This document shows positions 7,014 to 15,703 of a DNA stretch of 31,438 nucleotides, piece after piece (the first letter of the stretch is position 1; each line of letters starts with the position of its first letter). Position numbers and translations under genes: made by a program. The stretch comes from a virus (lineage: Duplodnaviria > Caudoviricetes). The notes under the pieces were generated by a model. The model made no database searches. It was not told where the DNA came from and saw only the letters and a program-made list of their open reading frames with translations. Location of the stretch: positions 1 through 31,438 of the IMG/VR virus record IMGVR_UViG_3300012863_000020, one strand, 5' to 3'.

Positions 7014-8529
7014 GGCCGGGCGCGCCGAGGCTGTCCCGCTGCACGCGACCGAGCGGCACCCGTCGCGCGAGACGCTCGGCGGCCGCGTCGCCCGCGTGCA
7101 GCGCAAGCTCGGGCAGGAGCCGATGCCGTGGCAGCGCAGCCTCTACGACGTCGCGTTCGAGATCGACCCGGCGACGGGCGGCCCTTGGTACCGCGAGGTC
7201 ATCCTGCTCGTCCTGCGGCAGGCCGGGAAGACGACGATCGTGCGCACGGTCCTGACCGACACGTGTCTGTTCGTGCCGGACGCGACCGTCCGGTACACCG
7301 CGCAGAACCGCCTCATGGCGCTGCAGCGGCTCGAGAACGACTTCTACAAGCCGATCGCGCGCTCGCCGCTGTCGACGTTCTTCGACATGCGCGTCGGGCG
7401 CCGGCTGAAGATGCCGGGGTGGTCTGGCAAGACGGGCCAGGAGCACATCGCGTGGAGCAACGGCGCGAAGTGGTGGATCGACTCGGTCAAGGCGTCCTCG
7501 GGTCACGGTCCGTCGCTCGACAAGGGCGCGATCGATGAGGCGTTCGCGCACCAGGACGGGCGCGTCGAGCAGGCCATGCGCCCGGCGATGATCACCGTCC
7601 CGCACGCCCAGCTGTGGGTCACGTCGGCCGCCGGCGACGGTTCGTCGGCGTACCTGCGCAAGAAGGTCGACGCCGCCCGCGAACGGCTCATGACCGACCA
7701 GCTGCGCCCGCTGCACGAGCGCAAGTCGCGCACGCTGTACCTCGAGTACGCCGCGCCGAAGGACTCTGACCGCGCGGACCCCGAGGTCTGGTGGCGCACG
7801 CATCCCGCCCTCGGGTACACGATCACCGAGGGGGCGATCGCGGCCGACTTCGAGGGCATGGAGGACGAGGAGTTCGACCGGGCGTACCTCGGGTGGTGGC
7901 CGGAGCGGAGGGTCGCGACGTGGGTCGTCCCGCAGGCGACCTGGCGCGACAACGCCGTGCCCGCCGGTGAGATGGCCTGGCAGGGCGAGCCGGTCTGGGC
8001 GATCGACGTAGCACCCGAGCGCGACGTCGCGACGATCGGCATGGCCGGCGCTGCCCTCGAGGGCAGGTGCTTCGTCGACGTCATCGAGCGCCGCCCGGGT
8101 GCCCCGACCTGGTGCGTCGACAAGCTCGACGAGCTGCGCCGCCGCTGGGGTGGTCAGCACGTGGGGCTCATCGACTCCGCGCGCTCGCTGGCACCTGACC
8201 TCGAGTCGGCAGGGTTCGTCGTGCGCCGGCTGACCGCGCAGGACCGCATGGACGCCTGCGGCGCGTTCTACGACGACGCGATGGACCACCGTCTGCGGCA
8301 CGTGCATGACGAGGACCTCGACGACGCGCTCGCGGCCGCGACGAAGCGGATGCTCACCCAGGAGGGTGGGTTCGTGTGGGCCCGCGGCCGGTCGCTGCGC
8401 GACATCACGCCGCTGTACGCCGCGACCGTCGCCCGCTTCGTGTGGGTCGAGCGGCACGCGGACGACTACGACGTGAACGCGTCGACGTACGACATGCCGC
8501 TCGACGACCCGAGCGGGATGGACATCTGA
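7006..8529 (+). CDS. terL: Terminase large subunit
   Basis: PMPWQ adenine-binding motif, Walker A RQAGKT, Walker B AIDEAF, WxxxHPALG, nuclease AIDVAP and DIT. Confidence 0.95.
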   Translation: MSRAGRAEAVPLHATERHPSRETLGGRVARVQRKLGQEPMPWQRSLYDVAFEIDPATGGPWYREVILLVLRQAGKTTIVRTVLTDTCLFVPDATVRYTAQNRLMALQRLENDFYKPIARSPLSTFFDMRVGRRLKMPGWSGKTGQEHIAWSNGAKWWIDSVKASSGHGPSLDKGAIDEAFAHQDGRVEQAMRPAMITVPHAQLWVTSAAGDGSSAYLRKKVDAARERLMTDQLRPLHERKSRTLYLEYAAPKDSDRADPEVWWRTHPALGYTITEGAIAADFEGMEDEEFDRAYLGWWPERRVATWVVPQATWRDNAVPAGEMAWQGEPVWAIDVAPERDVATIGMAGAALEGRCFVDVIERRPGAPTWCVDKLDELRRRWGGQHVGLIDSARSLAPDLESAGFVVRRLTAQDRMDACGAFYDDAMDHRLRHVHDEDLDDALAAATKRMLTQEGGFVWARGRSLRDITPLYAATVARFVWVERHADDYDVNASTYDMPLDDPSGMDI

Positions 8530-8540
8530 GAGGGGCACGT

Positions 8541-8750
8541 GTGCGTGACGTCCTGACCGATGCGCTGGACCTCGTCGGCGCCCTGGCGCTGGTCGTGGGC
8601 GTCGCGCTCGCGACCGGTGCGCTGGTCGCGAGCGTGGCCGGCGCGCCGGTCGGCGTGGCCGCAGGTCTCGTCGTCGGAGGTGCGCTGCTACTCGCTCTGT
8701 CGTGGCTGGTCGAACGACCGTCGCGCCGCACCCGAAGGGAGCACCGGTGA
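8541..8750 (+). CDS. Small two-TM membrane protein
   Basis: Hydrophobic 69 aa between terL and portal; GAGAGG RBS-like; GTGA overlap with portal. Confidence 0.65.
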   Translation: MRDVLTDALDLVGALALVVGVALATGALVASVAGAPVGVAAGLVVGGALLLALSWLVERPSRRTRREHR

Positions 8751-9916
8751 GTCTGTTCCGCCGCTCGACGTCGCTGACGTCCGCGCTCGAGGCAGGCGGA
8801 CGCTCCCCGCGCAGTGCCGGCGCCCGCCGGGTCACGACCACCTCGGCGATGCGCCAGTCGGTCGTGTGGGGCGCGACGCGGCTGCGCGCCGACCTCGTCT
8901 CGTCGCTGCCGATCGACGTCTACCGAAAGGTCGGCGGCGTCAACGCCGAGGTCACCGCTCCCCCGGTCCTCATCGAGCCGTCCCAGGACGCGGACGGTCA
9001 GCCGATGAGCGCGGCCGACTGGCTGTACGCAGGTCAGATGAACCTGGACCGCGGGGGCAACTCGGTCGGGGTGATCACCAAGCGGGACGCCTTCGGGCTC
9101 CCCGCGGGCATCGACCTGGCGCCCATGGAGGACGTGCGCTTCCGCATCAAGGACTGGCGCATCGTCAAGTACTTCATCAACGGCGAGGGGTACGAGCCTC
9201 GCGAGGTGTGGCACGAGCGCCAGCACCGCGTCGCGGGCCTGCCGATCGGCCTCTCGCCGATCGCGTTCGCGGCTCTCGCGCTGTCCGGCGCCGAGCTGGC
9301 CGCCGAGTTCGCGATCGACTGGTTCGCGAACGGCGCCGCGCCCAGGGCGCACCTCAAGAACGGGGAGAAGGTCCTCAACCCCGTCGAGGCCGAGATCACA
9401 CGCCGGCGGTTCAGCCAGCAGGTCGCCGCCGGCGGGCTGTTCGTGTCCGGCAAGGACTGGACGTACGACCCGATCTCGGCGAAGGCGGCCGAGGCGTCGT
9501 TCATCGAGCAGATGGAGTACTCCGACGTCGCGCTGTGCCGGTTCTTCGGTGTGCCGGCCGACCTCGTCGACGTCGCCGCGCAGTCGACGTCGCTGACGTA
9601 CGCGAACGTCACGCAGCGCAACCTGCAGTTCATCCTGCTGAACCTCGGCTCGGCGGTGAAGCGCCGCAACGACGCACTCTCGCGGCTCGTCCCACGGCCG
9701 CGGTTCGTGAAGCTCAACTCCGACGCGCTGCTCGCGATGGACCCCAAGGCCCGCGCCGAGCTGTTCGAGCTGCAGATCAAGAGCCGTACACGCACCCCGG
9801 ACCAGGTCCGGGGGCTCGAGGACGAGCTCCCGCTGTCCGAGGCCGACTACGCGCAGTTCGAGCGGCTTTGGCCCACGACCCGCCCCAACCAGGCGCAGAC
9901 CTCCGGAGGCAACTGA
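8747..9916 (+). CDS. Portal protein (HK97 family)
   Basis: VSSLPIDVYR, GLSPI, WFANGAAP, CRFFGVP, TYANV, TPDQVRGLEDELP motifs; synteny. Confidence 0.93.
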   Translation: MSLFRRSTSLTSALEAGGRSPRSAGARRVTTTSAMRQSVVWGATRLRADLVSSLPIDVYRKVGGVNAEVTAPPVLIEPSQDADGQPMSAADWLYAGQMNLDRGGNSVGVITKRDAFGLPAGIDLAPMEDVRFRIKDWRIVKYFINGEGYEPREVWHERQHRVAGLPIGLSPIAFAALALSGAELAAEFAIDWFANGAAPRAHLKNGEKVLNPVEAEITRRRFSQQVAAGGLFVSGKDWTYDPISAKAAEASFIEQMEYSDVALCRFFGVPADLVDVAAQSTSLTYANVTQRNLQFILLNLGSAVKRRNDALSRLVPRPRFVKLNSDALLAMDPKARAELFELQIKSRTRTPDQVRGLEDELPLSEADYAQFERLWPTTRPNQAQTSGGN

Positions 9917-10698
9917 TGGACCCCGAGCTGCTCGAGCAGATCGCGGACGCCGGGCGTGAGCGCTCGCAGGCCGTCGCAGCCCGTGCCGACCGGCCGTCAC
10001 AGCGTCGCTGCGGTCCCGAGCAGGGCGCGCGGGCGTGGGTCGCTGCGCCGGCTGCCCGGATGCAGCTGCGCGGCGCCGACGACGGCACCGGGCCCCTCGA
10101 CTTCGAGGGGTACGCCACCGTCTACGAGCGCGGCTACGAGATGTGGGACTGGTACGGCCCGTACACCGAGATCGTGTCGGCCGGCGCCGGGTCGACGTCG
10201 CTGGCCCGCGCGGACCTCGACGTGCCGCTCGTGCTGCAGCACGCCGCGCTGCGGCGGATCGCGCGCACGACCAACGGCTCGCTCGAGCTGCGCGAGGACG
10301 ACAACGGGCTGCTCACGAGAGCGCCGGCGCTCGACCGGGAGGACCCGGACGTCGCGTACATCGCGCCGAAGCTGCGTGCCGGCCTCATCGACGAGATGTC
10401 CTTCATGTTCCGCATCGTGCGCGGGCAGTGGTCCCCGGACTACACCGAGTACCGGATCGACGAGTACGACCTGCACCGCGGCGACGTCGCGATCGTCGCG
10501 TACGGCGCGAACCCGTACACCTCCGGCGCCGGCCTGCGCTCGTCCGAGGCCCTCGACATCGTCCGCACCCTGGACGAGTCGACGGCTCGTGAGGCCTTCA
10601 CGGTTCTGCGCTCGCGGCTCGAGCCCACCGGGCCCCTGCCGCAGCGCGGGCGCGACGTCGTCACCCTCGACGACACGCGCCTGGTCGCGCTCGTCTGA
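9916..10698 (+). CDS. Prohead maturation protease (HK97 family)
   Basis: FEGYATVY, LVLQH, LELREDDNGL, MSFMF, DVAIVAYGANP; GGAGG RBS. Confidence 0.9.
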   Translation: MDPELLEQIADAGRERSQAVAARADRPSQRRCGPEQGARAWVAAPAARMQLRGADDGTGPLDFEGYATVYERGYEMWDWYGPYTEIVSAGAGSTSLARADLDVPLVLQHAALRRIARTTNGSLELREDDNGLLTRAPALDREDPDVAYIAPKLRAGLIDEMSFMFRIVRGQWSPDYTEYRIDEYDLHRGDVAIVAYGANPYTSGAGLRSSEALDIVRTLDESTAREAFTVLRSRLEPTGPLPQRGRDVVTLDDTRLVALV

Positions 10699-10833
10699 GC
10701 CGACCGCACCACCCCCGAGACGCGTCGCGTAAGGGCCTGCCGCGCCACATGCCTGGCCGGGTACCGCCTGTCGCTGCTGGGACCCCACCAACACCCGACC
10801 GCCCCGTCACGGGGCAGGACAGGAGCACCAACG

Positions 10834-12240
10834 ATGACGCTCGAGCAGCTCATCGCGCGGGCCCGGGAGCAGGTCAACGCCCGGATCAACCTGCGCAACG
10901 ACTACGCCACGCAGCTCGAGGAGCTGCGCGCCAAGGACGACGTCGACGAGGCCAAGGTCGAGGAGCTGCGCTCCAAGAAGGCCGGGATCGACGCCGAGCT
11001 CACCGAGCTGCGCTCGCAGCTCGGTGAGCTCGAGGAGGAGAAGCGCCAGGACGACGCGGCCGCGCGGCTGCAGCGCGACGTCACCCCGACCGGTGCGCGC
11101 GGCACGCAGACCGAGCGCACCGTCGAGGCGGTGAACGAGGCTCGGACGTACGCGCAGGAGAACGACCCGAAGGGGCTGCGGTTCCTGTCCGACGTCGCTG
11201 CGGACTTCCTGGGCAACCGCGACGCGCGGGAGCGGCTGAGCCAGCACCAGGCGGAGGAGCGCGCCCTGCGCGGGGAGAAGATCACCCGCGCGGTCACCGC
11301 GGCCGGCTCGCCTGGTCTCGTCGTCCCGCAGTACCTGATCGACCTGTACGCGCCCAAGGGCCGTCCGGGCCGCAAGTTCGCCGACCAGTGCCGGCACCAC
11401 GACCTGCCGGGGACCGGCCTGACGGTCTACATCCCTCGGCAGACCGCCAAGACGGCCGTCGGCCTGCAGGCGGCCGAGCTCGACACGGTGACCGAGGTCG
11501 ACTACGACGACGAGCTGATCTCGATCTCGGTCCGCACGGCGGCCGGGTCGCAGACGATCTCGCGCCAGTCGGCGGAGCGGTCGCTGGGCACCGAGGACGT
11601 CGTGTTCGAGGACCTGCTGAAGGCCTACGACACGAACCTCGACTACCAGCTCATCAACGCGGCCAGCTGGGGCCTGCTGGCCGTCGCGAACGCGGTGACG
11701 TACACCGACGCGGACCCCACGGCCGCCGAGCTGTACCGCAAGATCCTCGGCGCGTCGGCGAACATCGAGGACGTCCTGCTGGACCTCGACGAGGACGACG
11801 TGTTCACCCTCATGCGCGGGCGCCGGTGGGCGTGGCTCAACGGCGAGGTCACCGACCAGAAGCCGTTCGTGCAGGGCGCCGGCGTGCCCACGGGCACGTT
11901 CGCGACCAGCGACGGCAACGGGTACGCGGCCGGCACGCGCGGCTTCCTGCCGAACGGCGGGCGCGTGGTGACGGACAACAACCTGCCGAACGGCCTGGGC
12001 ACGGGCACGAACGAGGACGTCGTCGTGGCTGTCGCGCAGCACGAGGCGCACCTGTGGGAGGACCCGTCGGCGCCGATGTACATCCGCGCCGAGCAGCCCC
12101 AGGCCAAGAAGCTCGGCATCGACCTCGTCGTCTACGGCTACTTCGCGGCGTGCTTCAACCGCGTGGTCGACGAGCAGGGCTCGCCCAAGGCCGTGCACCA
12201 GAAGATCACCGGCACGGGCCTGGTCGCACCCGCGTTCTGA
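10834..12240 (+). CDS. Major capsid protein (HK97 fold, N-terminal coiled-coil scaffold domain)
   Basis: 468 aa after the protease; coiled-coil N-terminus, GLVVPQY, ISRQSAE; AGGAG RBS. Confidence 0.92.
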   Translation: MTLEQLIARAREQVNARINLRNDYATQLEELRAKDDVDEAKVEELRSKKAGIDAELTELRSQLGELEEEKRQDDAAARLQRDVTPTGARGTQTERTVEAVNEARTYAQENDPKGLRFLSDVAADFLGNRDARERLSQHQAEERALRGEKITRAVTAAGSPGLVVPQYLIDLYAPKGRPGRKFADQCRHHDLPGTGLTVYIPRQTAKTAVGLQAAELDTVTEVDYDDELISISVRTAAGSQTISRQSAERSLGTEDVVFEDLLKAYDTNLDYQLINAASWGLLAVANAVTYTDADPTAAELYRKILGASANIEDVLLDLDEDDVFTLMRGRRWAWLNGEVTDQKPFVQGAGVPTGTFATSDGNGYAAGTRGFLPNGGRVVTDNNLPNGLGTGTNEDVVVAVAQHEAHLWEDPSAPMYIRAEQPQAKKLGIDLVVYGYFAACFNRVVDEQGSPKAVHQKITGTGLVAPAF

Positions 12241-12256
12241 CCCGCCCGTCTCACGA

Positions 12257-12295
12257 TTCGGCGCCCCCGCCTGCACCTCGGGCGGGGGCGCCGAA
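12257..12295 (+). terminator. Strong hairpin after capsid gene
   Basis: Perfect 15-bp stem TTCGGCGCCCCCGCC/GGCGGGGGCGCCGAA with 9-nt loop; no U-tract, so it may be an mRNA-stabilising stem instead. Confidence 0.6.
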
Positions 12296-12338
12296 CCGCA
12301 TCCCGGTACCCGCCACCGAGCCTCGAGGAGGGGCCAGC

Positions 12339-12683
12339 ATGACCAGCAAGGACCACAAGGACGCGGCCGCCAAGCGTGCCGCGTCGCGCCAGGACCCCGG
12401 TGAGCTCCGCGCCGCGCTGCTCGTCGAGCGGCAGGGCTACGTGCAGCGAGGTCTCCCCGACCGCGCGAAGGCCGTCGACGGCCAGCTCAAGGCGCTCGGG
12501 GCGACCGAGGACCCCAAGGACTCCGCGGGGGGCCGACAGTCGCGCGGCGGCCGGCAGACGCCACCGGCGGGCAACCCCCCGATCGGCAAGACCGACGACG
12601 GCAAGACCGACGACGGCAAGACCGACGACGGCAAGGCCCAGGGCCCCGCACCGAAGACCGGCGCCGCCGCACCGCCGGAGTGA
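12339..12683 (+). CDS. Small post-capsid protein with low-complexity tail
   Basis: GAGGAGG RBS; ALLVERQGYVQRGLPDRAKAVDGQL helix; GKTDD repeats. Confidence 0.75.
   Translation: MTSKDHKDAAAKRAASRQDPGELRAALLVERQGYVQRGLPDRAKAVDGQLKALGATEDPKDSAGGRQSRGGRQTPPAGNPPIGKTDDGKTDDGKTDDGKAQGPAPKTGAAAPPE
12584..12635 (+). repeat. 15-bp tandem repeat x3.5 (GKTDD)
   Basis: CGGCAAGACCGACGA exact copies at 12584, 12599 and 12614, plus a partial copy. Confidence 0.95.
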
Positions 12684-12768
12684 CCCGGAGCTGTCCCGCC
12701 CGCCTGGCGCCTCCACAACGACAGGCGGGCGGACGGCCGCTCTCCACCGAGACGAGGGAGGTCTACCG

Positions 12769-13326
12769 ATGGCGCTGGTCACGCCGGCCGAGGTCGCGTC
12801 CCACCTCAACATCACCCCGAGCCCCACCGGCGCCGAGCTCACGAAGCTGACCGAGCACACGACCGCCGCGCTCGAGTACGTCGAGTCGCAGTGCGGCCCG
12901 CTCGGTGACGCGGAGGGTGACGAGCTCACCTTCTCGGTGCGTCCGTCGGGCGACAGCCTCGTCCTGCCGGCCGCTCGCCTGGCGGCTGTCACCGAGGTCC
13001 GAGACCCCGACGACGCGCTCGTCGACGTCGCACCGGCACAGGTGGACCTGCTCGCCGGGGTCGTCGAGCGCGTCCCCGTCAGCGGCCCGGGCACCTGGCA
13101 GGTCACCGTGACCCTCGAGGGCCGCGGCGCGTCGTTGAAGCTCGCGGTGAAGATCATCGCCGGCCACCTGTGGGAGACCCAGCGCGGCCGCACGGACCCT
13201 CACCGGGCGGCGATGCACGCCAACGGCGGCGACCGTGACCGCGTGCCCGTGTCGCCGACAGGGTTCGCGATCCCCGCGCGCGCAGCGCAGCTGATCAGCC
13301 CCTTCGTCCTGCCTGGGTTCGCCTGA
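12769..13326 (+). CDS. Head-tail connector/adaptor
   Basis: LVTPAEVASHLNI and LKLAVKIIAGHLWETQR, HK97 gp6/SPP1 gp15-like; synteny. Confidence 0.8.
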   Translation: MALVTPAEVASHLNITPSPTGAELTKLTEHTTAALEYVESQCGPLGDAEGDELTFSVRPSGDSLVLPAARLAAVTEVRDPDDALVDVAPAQVDLLAGVVERVPVSGPGTWQVTVTLEGRGASLKLAVKIIAGHLWETQRGRTDPHRAAMHANGGDRDRVPVSPTGFAIPARAAQLISPFVLPGFA

Positions 13327-13781
13327 TGGCGCCGCCGGTGCTCACGCGCGTCCCGCAGGTCGTCAGCTCCCTCGTCGCGATGTTCCGCGACGCGACCGAC
13401 GTGCAGGTCCTCGATGGCCCGCACCTCGGAGAGGTGATGCTCGAGGCCATCTGCGTCGGCCTGTCCCCTGACCAGTCGCGTCCGGGCTACGACGTCGTCG
13501 TGACCGAGCAGCCCGGCTACGGCCGGGGCAGGTACACCGAGCAGTGGACGGTCTCCTCGCTCCTGACGGTCTCGTCCGGGGCCACCGACATGACCGTGCT
13601 GCGCTCGCGGGCAGCAGCGCTACTCGGTCAGATCGACGCGGCGCTGCGCGCGCAGCCGGTCCGCGCCGAGGTGTGGCAGCGGGTTGCGTTCGGCTCGCAG
13701 ATGCAGTGGCTCCCGCTGCAGCACGAGCAGGGCGCGACGCTCAGCGTGTTCTTCGACGTCGTCGGCGCGAGCATCCTGTGA
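13326..13781 (+). CDS. Neck / tail-terminator-like protein
   Basis: TGATG overlap; size and position in the head-tail joining block. Confidence 0.6.
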   Translation: MAPPVLTRVPQVVSSLVAMFRDATDVQVLDGPHLGEVMLEAICVGLSPDQSRPGYDVVVTEQPGYGRGRYTEQWTVSSLLTVSSGATDMTVLRSRAAALLGQIDAALRAQPVRAEVWQRVAFGSQMQWLPLQHEQGATLSVFFDVVGASIL

Positions 13782-14212
13782 CTCCGCCGGACGTCGGCGC
13801 GGCCGGTGTCCGGCGGCTCGCGTCTGACCTCGCGCGTGTACCGGACGAGCTGCGTCCCGAGCTGCGCGCCGCGATGCGCGGCGTCGGGCAGAAGGTCCGT
13901 GACCAGGCCGCCGCGAACGCGTCCTGGTCCTCGCAGATCCCGGCCGCGCTGCAGCTGCGAACCGGCTTCGAGGGGCGCCGCGCCGGTGTGACGGTGATCG
14001 CCTCGACAGGTCGCGCCCGGCATGCCCGCGTCTACGAGGGCATGGTCCGCGACCCGTTCCGGCACCCCGTGTTCGGGGACCGCGGCACGTGGGTCTCCCA
14101 GCCAGCCCGCCCGTACCTGCTGCCGGCCGCCGAGCAGGGCCGCGAGGACGCCGCCGCCGGCGTCGTGGCAGCCCTGGACACGGTGCTGGCACGTCGCGGC
14201 TTCGGCCGCTGA
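13778..14212 (+). CDS. HK97 gp10-like tail completion protein
   Basis: HARVYEG and QPARPYLLPA motifs; GTGA overlap. Confidence 0.75.
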   Translation: MTPPDVGAAGVRRLASDLARVPDELRPELRAAMRGVGQKVRDQAAANASWSSQIPAALQLRTGFEGRRAGVTVIASTGRARHARVYEGMVRDPFRHPVFGDRGTWVSQPARPYLLPAAEQGREDAAAGVVAALDTVLARRGFGR

Positions 14213-14223
14213 GAGGAGCGCTC

Positions 14224-14409
14224 GTGGACACCGTCGAGATCGCTCACCCGGACGTCGCGGGCACCGCGTTCGTGCACCCGCGCTCGGTCGAGCACCACCG
14301 TCGCGCCGGCTGGTCGCCGGTCGACGAGGCACCCACCGACCACCAGCCGGACCCGGCTGGTCCGAAGGCCGCACCCGTCGCGGGCGCGTCCGAGTACCCC
14401 GAGGAGTGA
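14224..14409 (+). CDS. Small hypothetical virion-module protein
   Basis: GAGGAG RBS then GTG; fills the gap before the major tail gene. Confidence 0.65.
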   Translation: MDTVEIAHPDVAGTAFVHPRSVEHHRRAGWSPVDEAPTDHQPDPAGPKAAPVAGASEYPEE

Positions 14410-14412
14410 CAC

Positions 14413-14901
14413 ATGGCAGCCCTGCCCGCGACCGAGCGGTTCTTCGCACCGGAGATCAGCAAGGTCATCTTCGTGCCCGTGATCGCCGCGGCGACCCGCA
14501 TCCCGGTGCGCGCGGAGATCACCGCCGGCACCGACCTGACCGACGAGATCGCCGACCTCGACGGCTGGAACGTCGCCGCGGCGATGATCAACACCCCCGA
14601 CCTGGGCAACCGCTTCGTCTCGCAGATCGGTGGCCGCCTGAACGCCGCCCAGTCCGCGATCACGTTCTGGGCGGACCTCGGCGGCGACGACGTCCGTGCG
14701 GTGCTGCCGCGCGGCACCAAGGGATTCATCCTGTTCGCCGACCACGGCGACACCGCCGGCCTGCCCGCGGATGTGTTCCCGGTCCAGGTGACCTCGCTCG
14801 GCAAGGTCCGCTCGGTCGGCGACCAGGGCTTCCAGATCACCGTCCAGTTCGCGATCACGAAGCCCCCGGCCGAGGACATCGTCCTGCCGGCGGCGGCGTG
14901 A
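14413..14901 (+). CDS. Major tail (tube) protein
   Basis: 162 aa, EITAGTDLT, TPDLGNRF, DVFPVQV; directly precedes the chaperones and tape measure. Confidence 0.85.
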   Translation: MAALPATERFFAPEISKVIFVPVIAAATRIPVRAEITAGTDLTDEIADLDGWNVAAAMINTPDLGNRFVSQIGGRLNAAQSAITFWADLGGDDVRAVLPRGTKGFILFADHGDTAGLPADVFPVQVTSLGKVRSVGDQGFQITVQFAITKPPAEDIVLPAAA

Positions 14902-15374
14902 GCCTGCGGGACCGGCTCGAGAGCAAGCAGCGGCGACGCGTCACCTGGACGGTCGAGGTATCCGACCCGTCCACCACCCAGGCGCGCGTCGCCGCTGCGC
15001 GTGCGCAGCTCGCGCAGGCCGAGGCTCTCGAGACGAGCGAGGAGTCCCGTGCCGCGCTCGCGGCCGAGCTCGCTGACGCCGAGCGCGCCGTCGCGACGCA
15101 CTACGAGCAGGTCCAGTTCGAGGCGCTCGACCCGGACCTTTTCGAGGCGATGCTCGTCGAGCACTCCGACGCGGCCGGTGACGTCGACCGCGCCCGGATG
15201 CGCCCCGCGCTCGCGGCCGCGTGCGCGGTCGACGAGGGCCTGCGCGACGAGCAGTGGTGGGCCGACCGGTTCGCGTCCGGGGTGTGGTCCAAGGGCGAGA
15301 TCGACGACCTGTACCACCTGCTCGTCACCGTCCTGAACTACTCCGTGCCGCGGGGTGCCTACTCAAAAGGCTGA
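14898..15374 (+). CDS. Tail assembly chaperone (G-like)
   Basis: Position between major tail and tape measure genes; ends TCA AAA GGC TGA. Confidence 0.8.
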   Translation: MSLRDRLESKQRRRVTWTVEVSDPSTTQARVAAARAQLAQAEALETSEESRAALAAELADAERAVATHYEQVQFEALDPDLFEAMLVEHSDAAGDVDRARMRPALAAACAVDEGLRDEQWWADRFASGVWSKGEIDDLYHLLVTVLNYSVPRGAYSKG

Positions 15375-15700
15375 GCCGCGACGGTCTGCTGGCGGCCCGC
15401 ATGGCCTACTGCGGACCTCGCGGCATCCCGCTGCACGCGTTCCTGGCGTGGCCGCAGATGAGCCAGGACGCCGCCCTCGAGTGGGCGTCCTATGAGGCCC
15501 AGCGGTGCCGCTCGTGCGGCACCCACCCCGACGAGGGTCCCCGGCACGCGCACACCGACGTCTGCCCGGGGTGCATCCGCCAGGAGCGGGCCACCAAGGC
15601 GGCCAGCGACGAGCCGGGCGCGCACGTGCACCTGGTCGCAGGGGACCTCGCCTCCTGCCGCCGCTGCAACTCCGAGATCGAGGCGAACAGGAGGAGGTGA
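15362..15700 (+). CDS. Tail assembly chaperone C-terminal extension (T-like, -1 frame)
   Basis: Open -1 frame overlapping the chaperone 3' end and running to just before the tape measure; AYCGPRGIP...CRSCG. Confidence 0.7.
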   Translation, partial: LKRLSRDGLLAARMAYCGPRGIPLHAFLAWPQMSQDAALEWASYEAQRCRSCGTHPDEGPRHAHTDVCPGCIRQERATKAASDEPGAHVHLVAGDLASCRRCNSEIEANRRR

Positions 15701-15703
15701 CCT

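Noticed and set aside
12584-12635. Repeats as a possible mini-CRISPR array (also 4322-4363)
   Set aside because: Head-to-tail tandem repeats without spacers, inside coding sequence; no cas genes.
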